Source: Malacoraja senta (Eukaryota). Taken from it: a stretch of 64,000 nucleotides of DNA. Position numbers and translations under genes: made by a program. This document shows positions 1-11,966 of the stretch, piece by piece. Positions within the stretch are counted from its first letter, which is position 1. The number at the start of each line of letters is the position of its first letter. Under the pieces are notes generated by a model, which made no database searches, was not told the origin of the DNA, and worked only from the letters and a program-made list of their open reading frames with translations. Location: assembly GCA_038087875.1 (NCBI GenBank), contig CM075993.1, forward strand, positions 870,001 to 934,000, in the 5' to 3' direction.

Positions 1-1082
1 GGCAGGTGGATAAGTGTAAATTGTTTTCAGAAAATAACCTGACCAAGGAAGGAGAAAGAATGAGGAATGAATACAAAGCATTGTGTTACTTTGAGCAGAG
101 CATTAGTCAGTGTAGCTTACAGAACAAATGTGCTTGCTGGTGGAGAACTGGTACATAAGAACATCAGGAATAAGATTGGGAGGAGGCCGTATGTCCTTTA
201 AAGCCTGCTCAACAGTTTAATAAGATCCTGGATAATCTGATCTTGTCCTCAGCTGCACTTTCCTAACCATTCCTCGTACAGGCCAAAGTTGTGTCTGATT
301 CTGTCTTGAATATATTCAGTGACTCTGCCTCCACTGGGGTGTAAAATTGCAATCATCCTCAGTCTCTGAGACAATGTGTCTCTATCTTAAATGGGCCACC
401 CTTTGTTCTGAACCTATGTAGCTTGGTTCTGATTTCCTGCACAAATCATTACTGTTCCTCATGCCGCACAACATCGAAAGCCAAGACGTCTCGGCATCTA
501 CCCTGTTGAGACCATGCAGTATCTGGTGTTTCACTAAAGCTATCTCCCATCTAAACTCCAATGAGTACAATCCCACGCTGAGTGTGAGTGTTGGTCCCAG
601 GTTGAGAGAGAGTGTGAGTGTTGGTCCCAGGTGTCCCTGCCTCGTACTGATTGCACTGCCACCCAGTGCCTCCATATAACCGGAGTTCAGTGACAAGAAG
701 CCAAAGTGTGTGTTTTTCTCTGGCTTTAAAATGTGACGTTCCACAAGAACTTGAGGCTCATGTCCTAACCAAAAGCCCTGGGGGGGAGGGGGGGTGGGAG
801 TGAGAGAAAAAGACACAACACCTAGCTTGCTGTTCCTCCTCTGCAGCTGAGGGGCTTGCACATGTTCACTGTGTGGGCAGCCATGTCTCTGTGTGTATAT
901 TGACAGTGGGTCGAGTCCGCTTCTGCCCATTCCCCCAGGGGGCAGATGTCCTCACAGTCATGGTGAGATTGTCAAAACCTATCTGTGGTACTGTGCTCCT
1001 GCCCAAGCTGGAATATAGCTCCTCAGGAATTTACATAAAACAGCAGCAATGTATTTGAGTAATGTTTTATTTCTCTTTTTAG

Positions 1083-1126
1083 GTGACGGCATGGGTGCAT
1101 ATATGGCATATAAAGTGTCTACGCTG
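1083..1126 (+). CDS. SNX1: Sorting nexin-1 internal coding exon (start of PX domain)
   Basis: ttttag acceptor, gtatgt donor; encodes (G)DGMGAYMAYKVSTL, matching the SNX1/2 GDGMNAYxAYKV motif. Confidence 0.92.
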
Positions 1127-1408
1127 GTATGTATCGGTACATTGGCACTTGTTACAATAGGGCACAGCTCTGGTGTAAATTACTTGTTGTGAACGTTACC
1201 TGATTCATTGGAACAAAGTCTCGTGTTCAAGTATTTAGATTGTAAGCCTTTGCTTATTTTAATAATGCTGCTTTGTGCTATGATATATGTGCAGATTTTC
1301 TAGCTTGGTAAAATGCTGGGCAATGTAATTCTTTTTGCAGCACTGCATTGTTTTTTTTAGTGTTTTTTAGCATTGGCTAATATATTTATGCATTGTTTTG
1401 CTTTGCAG

Positions 1409-1550
1409 ACCAGCTTAACAATGTTCAAGAGGAGAGACTTCAGTGTAAGGCGAAGATTTAGTGATTTTCTAGGATTATACGACAGACTTTCAGAAAAACA
1501 TTCTCAAAATGGCTTCATAGTTCCTCCACCTCCTGAGAAGAGTTTAATAG
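1409..1550 (+). CDS. SNX1: SNX1 coding exon (PX domain)
   Basis: ttgcag/gtacag; [68 protein letters not shown] is SNX1-type. Confidence 0.95.
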
Positions 1551-2519
1551 GTACAGCAGCTGGACATTAGACTCAAGCCCATTCCACTCACTGTCATAAT
1601 GTTTACTGCAAATGGCCATTTTAAGAATGATAGTTTAGGAAGATGAAAACATGTTTTGTTCAATAAGGAGTTCCCAGAGTGAATTATCCCCAAAGTTTAT
1701 CTCGGTCCATTTGTTCTGGTTCTTTCCAAGTAACTGTTCATGTCCTTGAACAGCGTTATTTCTTGCCTTTATTTCCCCCCCTTTTTTCCACGCATCTGCA
1801 TGAGGCTCTTGTCCCATGTTTGCATGGGGATTTTGTGGATTTTGCTCATGCCCTTCTCTGCAAGAGGGGAGGATGCACAGAGGGCACGGAAAAGATGGCT
1901 CTGCTTCTCTCTGGTGTTTAAGTTGCTCTGAGCCTATTACACTGTGCACTAACTTCTAGCACCAGAGGTTTCTCTTATGAGTGTGGTTTAGACCTTCCTA
2001 ATTGTCAAGTCTTCAGTAGTGTGTGGACTAGATTCAAGGATTCCAAGTTTAGGAGTAATTGGGTAGATGTGCTGCCTCTTGGTTCCAGGGACCAGATTAA
2101 ATCCTCACTTCTGGGTTCATTGTGTGGAGTTTGCAGGTTAAGCCTGGAGATTCTGTTTTTCCCACATTCCAAAGACTAGAGAGTTAGTAGACTAATTGGC
2201 CACTAAATTACTCTTTAGTATTGTGCGTGATGGAATCAGAGGTGAATTGGTGTGAATGTGGGAGAGGGGTTGCAATGGAAGTTAGTGTGGTTGCTCTGGG
2301 AATTGATGGACTGAAGTGACCCATGTTGTGAGGGAATGTGGAATAAGTGCTCTGAAAAGTAACGTTTAGAAGTGATGACCTGAAGCGTGGAGTTGCCCTG
2401 AGTGAGAACCCTCTGCACTAACGTGCTGAGCCCGTCATTTGCTATAAACAATGTCTCAATGCCTCTGGTTCTCCCGGTTTCCTGATGCAGATTGCTAATC
2501 CGGATTTCTCTTTGGTAAG

Positions 2520-2598
2520 GAATGACCAAAGTGAAAGTTGGGAAGGAAGATTCCTCCTCGGCCGAGTTCCTGGAACGGAGGCGAGCTGCGTTGGAACG
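2520..2598 (+). CDS. SNX1: SNX1 coding exon (PX domain)
   Basis: taag/gtgagt; (G)MTKVKVGKEDSSSAEFLERRRAALE(R); phases 1 and 2 fit the neighbouring exons. Confidence 0.93.
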
Positions 2599-2799
2599 GT
2601 GAGTGGTGAAAGGAGCCGGTGGAAACCAAGAGAGATGCGGTATAGTTTCCAGACTCGTGTAGCGTGTAGTTTACAAACTCCCTGTGCAGGGTTGTGTGAT
2701 TCAAGGACAATTGATGATAAAGTGTGGCTGGATTGATCTTTTGTTTGGAGTGGGGATTAATGTTGAAGACTGTGACCAGTTCTTGATGTGGCTTCTTTT

Positions 2800-3400
2800 A
2801 CATCAGCGAGGCCAAGCGTAGACTGGGCTACCGTTTAGCCAAACATGCGATCAGTTTGCAAAGGCCTGCTGGATATTCATCTTGGCTCCCCTTCCCATTC
2901 CCACACTGACCTTTCTGTCCTGGGCCTCCATTGCCAGAGTGAGGCTACATGTAACTTGGAGGAACAGCACCTCGTATTCCGCTTGGGCAGCTTACAACCC
3001 AACGGTTCCAGTAGTACCCCCTACCCACTCTAACTCTAACTCCCCTCTCACCCTGCTCCTTTCCCCTCCTCTGTAAACGCATCCTCCATCTATGGGTCCC
3101 TTAATTCCCTTTTATCCACCCCCCCCCTTTTATTTCCACCTATATCTTTCCCTCTGACTTTACAATTCACTCCTCTTATCTGACACCCTTTTTTCTCACA
3201 TGTCACATTCCCCCATTGATCCCTTCAACCCCCCCCCTCACCTATCCACCTATCACTTAAGGCTTGCCTTATCCCCACCTCTTGCTGTTTTCATCTCTCC
3301 CACACCCCACTGCAATCAGCCTGAAGGGTCCAGACCCAAACGTTGTGTGTCCATTCCCTCCACAGAAACTGCCCGAACTGCTGAGTTAATCGACACTTTG
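2800..3400 (+). mobile_element. Degenerate Penelope-like element 3' fragment
   Basis: SPSHSHTDLSVLGL...LEEQHLVFRLGSLQPNG (GIY-YIG C-terminus), pyrimidine tract, decayed terminal repeat. Confidence 0.75.
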
Positions 3401-4624
3401 TTTGGCTTGGGTGTAGTTTTCCCATCTCTACAAAAGAATAATCTTGCATTCATCCGAATGCAGAAATTTCTTTCTAGATTGGCTTTGCAAAACCAGTTTT
3501 AAACTTGTCTGGTTCCTTAATTAAAACAGTTGAGTAGTTGAGTATCTGCCTTTAATCTTCCGCTGTCAGTGCCGTGCCCTGGGTGGGGGCTAAATCAGAT
3601 CCCTGCCTCTGGTCATTTGCTGTGTTGGCTTTCAGCATCAGCTGCCTCTTGTGTGACGGGGTGGGGTTATGGGTAGTGACTGACCCACCAGATGGGGAGC
3701 CTGTTCCAACCTATTCATCTGTGAAGGTCAAAAGGCAAAGTAGGGAAGTGTTGTTAGAATGAGCTCTGGGAAACCGCTTACTCAACGAAACGTGTTAAAT
3801 CTACTCCTGGTGCCATGCTGGGCTGTCTGTCAAATTACACACTTCAGCTCCTTTTTGCAACACTCGCAGAATAAAAATGCAGATCCTGATGATGTTAAAT
3901 CCTGCTGGTCCCTCACCTGCCTTTCCTGATCCACCCATCTGCCAACATTTTCTGACAAATAACCCACCTTCGTTTGGTAGCTGGAGTTTGGTGTGGTCAC
4001 GAGCAGGGTGTATGCTCACTAGAATCGAAGATATGGCTCCATCAGCACTCTGGTCTTATCCAGACTAAACAAACCGCACAGCACTGATAGTGGGCTCCCT
4101 GCTGTTCCTGACGTCTCCTTCCCCGAAGGATTTGTCATTGAACATAAGCACTTTATCTGTGCTGGTTGGTGATGTTGACATTCAGGATTATTGGGCACCA
4201 CATGGTCACGTCTGCAAGAGCTCTCCACATTCTGTTACACCTTCCGAAACAGCCCTGATTCCCTTCAGGAAAACCCATGCTCTCTCTCCTCTCCTTGAGG
4301 AAGGGGACCAGGGAAATGTTAAACAATGAGTTTTATCAAATTAGAACGTGCGGGCTGTAGTCATTTTTCTCGATCTGTGTAAGTGTGTGGGGTTGGGGTT
4401 GGGGTTGAACATGCAGTGAAAGCTCTGCCATGGTTGCTGTTTCAGCTGCTGGGCACTAGGTGGCACCTGGTGCACAGTTACTGTGGTGCACTGAGTGTGT
4501 GTGTGTGTGTGTGTGTGTGTAGCACCAGGATTTATCCTCCACCTGGACTGAACCACTTTACCCTAGTATACATTACCGCTGGAGTGTCACGGCCAGTTGC
4601 ACCATTCAACCCGCTGAGTCCATA

Positions 4625-4880
4625 GATCACCCGTTCACACTAGTTCTGTGTTATCCCCCATTCTCGCCCGCTCCCTACACAGTAGCAGCAGTTTACAGAG
4701 GGCCAATTAACCTCCATCCCTGCACGTCTGGGATGTGGGAAGATAATGGAGCTCCCGGAGAAAACCCACGCGGTTACAGGGAGAACGTGTAAACTCCACA
4801 CAGACAGCACCTGAGGTCAGGAATGAACCGGTCTCCATCGCTCTCGGGCAGCAGCAGCACCCGCTGCACCACTGTGCTGC
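4625..4880 (-). mobile_element. V-SINE (HE1-like) tRNA-derived SINE
   Basis: Reverse strand has a tRNA-like head and the V-domain GTCTGTGTGGAGTTT..CGTTCTCCC..GCGTGGGTTT. Confidence 0.75.
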
Positions 4881-5040
4881 TTTGATCTGTCCCCATTTCT
4901 GCACCTATTCTCACACTCAGTGGCGGTGTAAAGTATTAGTGACACCCATATAATTCTGAATATCTGACAACCTTGGTGTACAGGTGCAGGATCAAAGTAA
5001 TAATTAACTAAAGCCCCACCTAAATCTTGTGTTATTGCAG

Positions 5041-5116
5041 ATATCTACAGAGGATTGTCAAGCACCCCACGCTATTACTCGACCCCCACGTCAGGGAGTT
5101 CTTGGAAAAAGATGAG
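5041..5116 (+). CDS. SNX1: SNX1 coding exon (end of PX domain)
   Basis: ttgcag/gtaact; [25 protein letters not shown]. Confidence 0.93.
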
Positions 5117-5385
5117 GTAACTGCTCCATTCGAGGAGAGCGAGGGGAGAGGGCGCGGTGGGTGAGAGATGGGGCAGGTGGGCACGGAGCAGGGGGGAGTG
5201 AGGCAGGTGGATGGGGAGAAGGGGTGGTGGCGAGTGGGGCAGGGGCGGGGAGAGGAGGTGGTGAGTGGGGCAGGGGGGACGGGCGGGGCGATGCAGGAGG
5301 GTGGGTGGGGCAGACTCCCACGTGATTACATGCTGCCTGGCCTGAGTTGGCGTTATGTAACACCAGTGTTTAACTGTGTTTGTAG

Positions 5386-5499
5386 TTGCCGCGGGCAGTA
5401 AACACACAGGCTCTGAGTGGGGCCAGCCTGCTTCGCATGGTCAACAAGGCTGCTGATGCTGTCAGCAAGATGACCATAAAGATGAATGAGTCGGACATA
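5386..5499 (+). CDS. SNX1: SNX1 coding exon (PX-BAR linker)
   Basis: ttgtag/gtaagt; [38 protein letters not shown]. Confidence 0.94.
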
Positions 5500-6556
5500 G
5501 TAAGTGTTCCTCTCACTACCCGAGCCGGTCTTCATCACAGGTTCCATTGTAATAATGTCATGTTGTTTTGTTGGCTGCTTAGCACGCAGCAGAGGTTTTT
5601 CCCTGTACTTCGGTACATGTGATCATAAACTAGACTGAAAGTGATCACTGGCTGAGCCCAGAGTGGTAGGTTGGAGAGCTGCCACATGCTGGTTCACAGA
5701 TGTCCCCATAACCAAGTGCTGCTGCCTCATCTGTGCTTTAGCAGCGGTCGGGTCCGGGTGAGGCAATTATTGTGCTCAGCATTTATTCACCGAGCTGTAC
5801 AGCACAGAAACAGGCCCTTCAGCCCACCTTAGCCATGCCAAGTTAGCATCCTGGGCTAGTCCTGTTTGGCCCAGAGCCCTCTAAACCCTTTGTGTTGCCA
5901 CTCTGGGGTAGAGGCAGCAGAGAAGTACTGTCTGACTGTGGCCCTGCAAGGATGGTGCTCTGCACCTCCTTTCTTTCATTAACGTTCTGTCCATATCTCT
6001 CTGTTCCCTCTCCCCTGACTCTGAGGAAGGGTCTTGACCCAAAACGTAACCTCTTCCTTTTCTCCAGAGATGCTGCCGGACTCGCTGAGTTACTCCAGCA
6101 TTTTGTGTCTATCTTCGGTTTAAACCAGCATCAGCAGTTCCTTCCTACACATTTTGCCTCCTCTGATCTTGTTCGGTAGTGGCAATGTGCTTGGAGTTGC
6201 AGGGGGCACTGTTTATTTCCCTACATATTTGGTTTTAAAAGCTGCAAATCAACAAACAATTGTTGTTGAGTTGGATTTTGTAGTTTCCAAAGTGAATGAC
6301 AGAGCTACATGCTCCACAGTATCAAACCATTCTGGCCTGTGTCCACCATTCCCTTGGGCTCTGCAGTCCAATCCCAGCACTCTCTGGGTGAGAATGCTAT
6401 TCCCTTTAAACCATTCGCCCAGTACCCTCTGGTCCATGGACTGAACGTTATGGACCAGTGGGCATGCTTTAGGTAAAGAAAGCGAGTGGCTGCTGTGTGG
6501 TTTTGGTCACTGTCCCTGTGCCCTGCTACAGAAGGTGTTTGTTGTTCTACCTCCAG

Positions 6557-6650
6557 TGGTTTGAAGAGAAGTTTCAGGAGATTGAGAATGAAGACCTGCA
6601 GTTGCGCAAACTCCATGCTGTTGTTGAAAACCTCGTCAACCACAGGAAAG
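6557..6650 (+). CDS. SNX1: SNX1 coding exon (BAR domain)
   Basis: ctccag/gtgagg; [31 protein letters not shown]. Confidence 0.94.
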
Positions 6651-7612
6651 GTGAGGTGGGAACTACAAATAAATCTAAACTCTTTGCCTGATGATTTCCT
6701 TAGATGTCATGCCCTCTGTACAGAGGCCGGGGAGGAGTGGAGCAGAATGCTGCAGGAGGAGCAGTGCTGGGGTCGGTGGTGTGGAGCAGAATGCTGCAGG
6801 AGGAGCAGTGCTGGGGTCGGTGGTGAGGGGGGTGTCCAGGTGTCCAGTGTATCTGGGCTGCAGTGGGTTCATGGCCCTTCATACAACACGATCACATCCC
6901 ATCAACTGTCCACTTCCTGTGGCTCTGATGGACATGTTTAGTGTTTATCTTTTTGAAACTTGGAACATTAGCAGTTTGACTCTCATCCAGAAATTAATCC
7001 AAGATCAGCGCATTGATGCCATGAGTCGAGAGGCCAGTGCTTGTTTGGTGCCAGGCACTGACTGGGCAGGGCTGGGCACACTCTTGTGGCCCGTGCTTGG
7101 CAAGGCTTCCCTCGTGTTCTGGCTCGATAGCATGGACTGCATCTTGATCATCTCGTTAAACAGCACCACATTCAGACTATCTGATAGAATCTGAAAAAAG
7201 CCCATCATGATGCTCATGAATTAGTTTATTCTTTGGATTAGAGAGTCTAAATGGTGACCAGGTGTAGGGTTAATATTTAAGGTAATGTCTTACTAGTACC
7301 TTCTTCCCTGTAACTTGGGTGTTGGACATATGCAGGAGGTTTGGTGGGAGAGTGGTCTATCTGTCATAGGATTGTGTGTGGGATATAGAGAGGGCTTTCA
7401 TCTTTCTCCCTCTCCTTTCTGCTATACAATGAACTGTGTGAAAGCCCAACATACAATGTGAACACATGTTGGGTTGAGGATGTAGTCAGACATGTCTGTC
7501 CACAAGTGGTGCCCACCCTTGCCCTCTGCCCACTGGGCAGCTGCCCCCAGAGTGGGTGGAGGTGTAATACCCACCGTCTCCCCCACCACTAACCCTGCGC
7601 TTCTGTCCCCAG

Positions 7613-7818
7613 AGCTGGCGGTGAACACGGGTGTGTTTGCGAAGAGTGCGGCCATGCTGGGCAGCTCGGAGGACCACACGGCCTTGTCCCGCGCGCTGTC
7701 ACAGCTGGCGGAGGTAGAGGAGAAGATCGAGCAGCTTTACCAGGAGCAAGCCAACAACGACTTCTTCCTGCTGGCCGAACTGCTCAGTGACTACATCCGG
7801 CTCATCTCAGCCGTCAGG
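7613..7818 (+). CDS. SNX1: SNX1 coding exon (BAR domain)
   Basis: ccccag/gtactg; (E)[68 protein letters not shown]. Confidence 0.95.
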
Positions 7819-7861
7819 GTACTGCCCGGTGCCTGTGGCACCCTTCACCTGCTTTGGATCT

Positions 7862-8045
7862 CGGGCCCTGGGTAGTCCAGTCCCGGCTAGTGTAGCTGGG
7901 ACCCCGGGCCCTGGGTGGTCCAGTCCTGGCTAGTGTAGCTGGGACCCCGGGCCCTGGGTGGTCCAGTCCTGGCTAGTGTAGCTGGAACCCCGGGCCCTGG
8001 GTGGTCCAGTCCTGGCTAGTGTAGCTGGGACCCCGGGCCCTGGGT
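7862..8045. repeat. 43-bp minisatellite, about 4.3 copies, in an SNX1 intron
   Basis: GGGCCCTGGG recurs at 7863, 7906, 7949, 7992, 8035. Confidence 0.92.
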
Positions 8046-8339
8046 GTCTACTTGGGTCACCAGCTCACCAGATATATATGCCTGGCTGTGTTTACTCTCC
8101 CAGTAGAATTGCGTCTCCCTTCTGTTTGGGGGGGGGGGGGGGCTCAACCCTGCTGTGCTCCCAAGAGTTCTCTGACACAGCAAGCCCTGGCAGCCACAGT
8201 GGTGTTGCGGAGGGCCCAGTCCTGGCTGCACGGAGCCTTGCAGCCCCTGGGATTGAGTCTACGTGGCTGGGCTGTGAAGTGGTGGGGAAGGCATGGTGCT
8301 TTGACATGGTGCTAAGATGGTGTGACTGGCCTGGTGCAG

Positions 8340-8483
8340 GGTGTGTTTGACCAGCGTGTGAAGACGTGGCAGCGGTGGCAAGATGTACAGACTATGCTGC
8401 AGAAAAAACGAGAGAATGAAGCTCGTCTCATCTGGGCCAACAAACCCGAGAAGCTGCAACAGGCCAAGGACGAGATTACAGAG
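8340..8483 (+). CDS. SNX1: SNX1 coding exon (BAR domain)
   Basis: gtgcag/gtacgc; [48 protein letters not shown]. Confidence 0.95.
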
Positions 8484-9489
8484 GTACGCTTCACTGTGTT
8501 CACTGTTAGTTCCGTGTCAGCACTGATCTCTCTGCAAGTGCAGACCATCTCTACCTCTATAGCACGGGTCATGTGGCTCTTACAATCAACCATCCTCTTC
8601 CATGGGCTAGGCTATGTCCACCTTGCACTCAGCTTCACCAGACTCCTGGTGCTGCCAGTGCCTTGTCACTTTCCACTCTGTACATCTGAGCTCATGTAAA
8701 ACTCTGCTGCCCGTTTCCTGATTCCCACCAGGTCCCATAAACACCCTGGTGCATGTCCTTGCTCCCATTCACAAACTGCCTTTTATAGTTGCAGCCGGTT
8801 CATCAAATATTTATTCTCTCTCTGTAAACAGCCTCATTGCCTCTGGACTCCTGTGTACATGTGACTGTGCACAGTGGAAGAGTCTTGGACTGGAGGTCAC
8901 AGCCTCACAATTAAAGGACATTCCTTTAGAAAAAAAGAAGAATTTCTTTAGTCAGAGGGTGGTGAATCTGGAATTCATTGCCACAGAAGGCTGATGAGGC
9001 CAAGTCTTCAGCAGCAAGACCGACCTCTGCAAGTCCCTCCCTCAACCACGACGTTTGTTTGTCCAGCTTCGACTCTCCTTGAAGCCTAGTTCTTTGATCA
9101 AAGGTCTTGTTTAGCTTTGTGAAATGTGTTAACGCTGCCATCGAGTGGCCAAAGATTTACTTTGTTGAAGGACGATATGAAGGGTAAGATGTGGCCACGT
9201 GTGCTGACTGTTGGTGACCCCTTTCATCAGCTGCCGTGTTCCTGCAGCACCTGATCACATTAACAATATTTGGGGATGAGTCAGTACACTTGGACTCCCG
9301 GGATGGTGGGTATGAAGAGGGAGCAGACCGCCGCTTCCTGGGGAATAGACCAACAAACTTGGTCCGTTTCGCAGTGCCTTCAGCGGCAGCAGTACAGGTA
9401 GAAGTGCTGGCATTGATGGAGGATGGTTAGTGACCAACCTGGGAGGCAGTGGCTGATGAGCTGTGCTAACGAACCACTCTTCATCCTAG

Positions 9490-9570
9490 TGGGAGCCCAA
9501 AGTTCTGCAGTGTGAGCGGGAGTTTGAGCAGATTTCGGCCAACATTCGAAAGGAATTTGCTCGCTTTGAG
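9490..9570 (+). CDS. SNX1: SNX1 coding exon (BAR domain)
   Basis: tcctag/gtgagt; WEPKVLQCEREFEQISANIRKEFARFE. Confidence 0.92.
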
Positions 9571-9681
9571 GTGAGTCCTTGGGTCTGTCTGCCTTCCCCC
9601 TGTCCCAGCTTCACCCTCACCTCTCTGTCCTTCAAACCTCTCTCTGTTTTAAACTCTCCTCTATTTTGTTCTTTCCTCCAG

Positions 9682-9753
9682 GTCGAGAGAATTAAAGACT
9701 TCAAAAGCCGGGTTATTGTGTATTTAGAAACTCTTCAGAATTCCCAGCAACAG
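9682..9753 (+). CDS. SNX1: SNX1 penultimate coding exon
   Basis: ctccag/gtgagg; VERIKDFKSRVIVYLETLQNSQQQ. Confidence 0.92.
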
Positions 9754-10506
9754 GTGAGGAGCCTTGGGCAGGGCCAGCTCTCAGCGCGCTGAGCTTTAGT
9801 GCTTCTGCCGATACCTGGGCGAGGGGTTGGTGCAATGTGGGCCCATGGCAGAGGAGGGGAGTCACTCAAACTTGGTCAATTAGATTAGGTGTCGACCCGA
9901 AACTTCTCCCCAGAGATGTTGCCTGTCCCGCTGAGTTACTCCAGCGTTTTGTGTCCATCCTTGGTCAATTAGATTGCTGACTCGAGTGAGACTGAGCGAC
10001 AGTAACTGGCACAGTTTACTGTGCCAGTTGAAAGTCACCTGGAAAAGATAAGTGGAAATAAATAAAAGCGTGAGATAATCTTTTGGATATGCAGCACAAA
10101 CAGGCCACACTAGTAGTACTCAATGCTTCATGACGTGGGTTAGACTGATTGCTGAGAACTTGGGTAACAGTAGCGGTGTGCCCTGCAATATGTTCGAATA
10201 GTGATGTTCCTTTCCCTCCCCCTGCCATGAGGTAGGGAGAGATGGGGGCGAGTGAGGTGGTGGGACTGGAAGTGGGACTGAGGTGAGGGAAAACTTAGTT
10301 AGGATTAGCTCCAGCAGTTTCCTTGCTCTGGGAAATACAGTATCTCCTGGAGAGACGGGGATATGCAGAGAATGGAGGGATATGGATCATTGACAGGCAA
10401 AGAGTTAGTCTGCATCATGTTCAGCACAGACGTTGTGGGCCGAAGGGCCAGTTCCTGTGCTGCACTGTTCTATGTTCCTAATCAATGTTCTTGTCTGTAT
10501 TGACAG

Positions 10507-10557
10507 CTCATTAAATACTGGGAAGCCTTTCTACCAGAAGCAAAAGCCATTGCGTAA
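10507..10557 (+). CDS. SNX1: SNX1 terminal coding exon with stop codon
   Basis: tgacag acceptor; LIKYWEAFLPEAKAIA-TAA, the conserved SNX1/2 C-terminus. Confidence 0.94.
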   Translation, partial: LIKYWEAFLPEAKAIA

Positions 10558-11960
10558 CAGGAGTGGAGTGGACACTTGCTGCATTTTATACATTATCTCC
10601 AGCCTATGTGAAGCTGCAACCTCACCTATAAAAGGGACGGCATCTTCAATGGTTGCAGTTCTTTCTTGCTCTTCATGTGATAAACCTTATAGTATCTTTA
10701 GTTTGCATATATTTTCTTATTTGATTGTTGGGAGCATCAGATTAGTTGTCCAAGACGTGAGTTTGGGAGGGGGAGAGGAGGTGGCGAATGGGGCGTTGTC
10801 ATGGTGTTCACAGCGCCTCTCTCTCCTGATGACCAGCTCCGCACGCTCCCCACCCTTGCTGCTCTAGCCCGACAGTTGCTCTTGAATAAAAGGTGCTAAG
10901 CTGTCCGTCCCTGCCTGATTGCTGCAGCTCTGAGCGAAGCCCCAGAGACCAGTGGCCATGGCAACCTTCTCCCCCCCACCTGTCTAATAACACCCTAGCA
11001 CAGGAGCGCCTGCTAGAGCAAGGATCGCCTGCTAGAGCAAGGAGCGCCTGCTAAAGCAAGGACCGCCCGTTACCCTGGGAGCTCCAGGCTGCACGGACCC
11101 CGTCTCCAAGGCCGCCCGAGATAACCAGCTCATGAATCGCAAACCGTCAAACAAATGCCTCTTTGATTCTGAGCCTAGGCATTGGACAGTTACAATTCTT
11201 GTGCTGCTGGGTGAATGAGATGTATATTGCAGTGACTGGGCTGTGTTCTGGGCATGGACAAAGGGGACCCAACAGTAAAGGGTTGTTGGAGCTTTGTGAG
11301 TGCGAGCTGCAGATGTCAGTCCCACCCAGCCTGAGAACAGTCGCCCAGTCTGTGTGCCTCTTATAGAGATGGTTGATAAATGCCAAAGCAAATAGACTTG
11401 CCATGGCTGTAGTGGGTCCACAAATAGTTGAACATCCTGCCTGCGGTGAGTGGAATTATTTTGCTTTCTACCCTGTGATGGTGGAAACTCTGCAGTTCTC
11501 CTGTTTGGAAAATCTGGTGTTTAAGACAGAGTGCAAGTTACCAGAGTGCATTTTTACTGTGACATGGGGCAAAGTTAGAATAGATGCTGGGGGATTTCAC
11601 ATGCATCCTGGTGAAGTGCCACATCCAAGCTCCTGCCTCCATTGTCATTAGTCCCTCTATCCACTACACTGTCCATGTGCCTTGATGCTGTGACTCAACA
11701 AGCAAGTAAGCTGACAACAAGGGCAGACAAAGAGGTGGCAAGAAACTGAAGCACTGTTTACATTCCTTCTGCCACGCACCCTGGCAGGGTTACCTGCTCT
11801 TGTATTCTCTGTTTACAGGTACTGTTGTCCAAGTGCACAGTCATAATCTTTGCACATTATGCACTAAAATCATTGACTTGTTTCATGTCATTCCAGAGGA
11901 TCAGAGTGCTTCCCTTTGAGTTCTCACTTCCTTGTCTGTTTTTGTCACTTTTACTTTCAC

Positions 11961-11966
11961 AATAAA
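11961..11966 (+). terminator. Candidate SNX1 polyadenylation signal (alternative AATAAA at 10885-10890)
   Basis: AATAAA followed by a T/GT-rich tract, at the end of a repeat-poor 3' UTR-like stretch. Confidence 0.5.
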
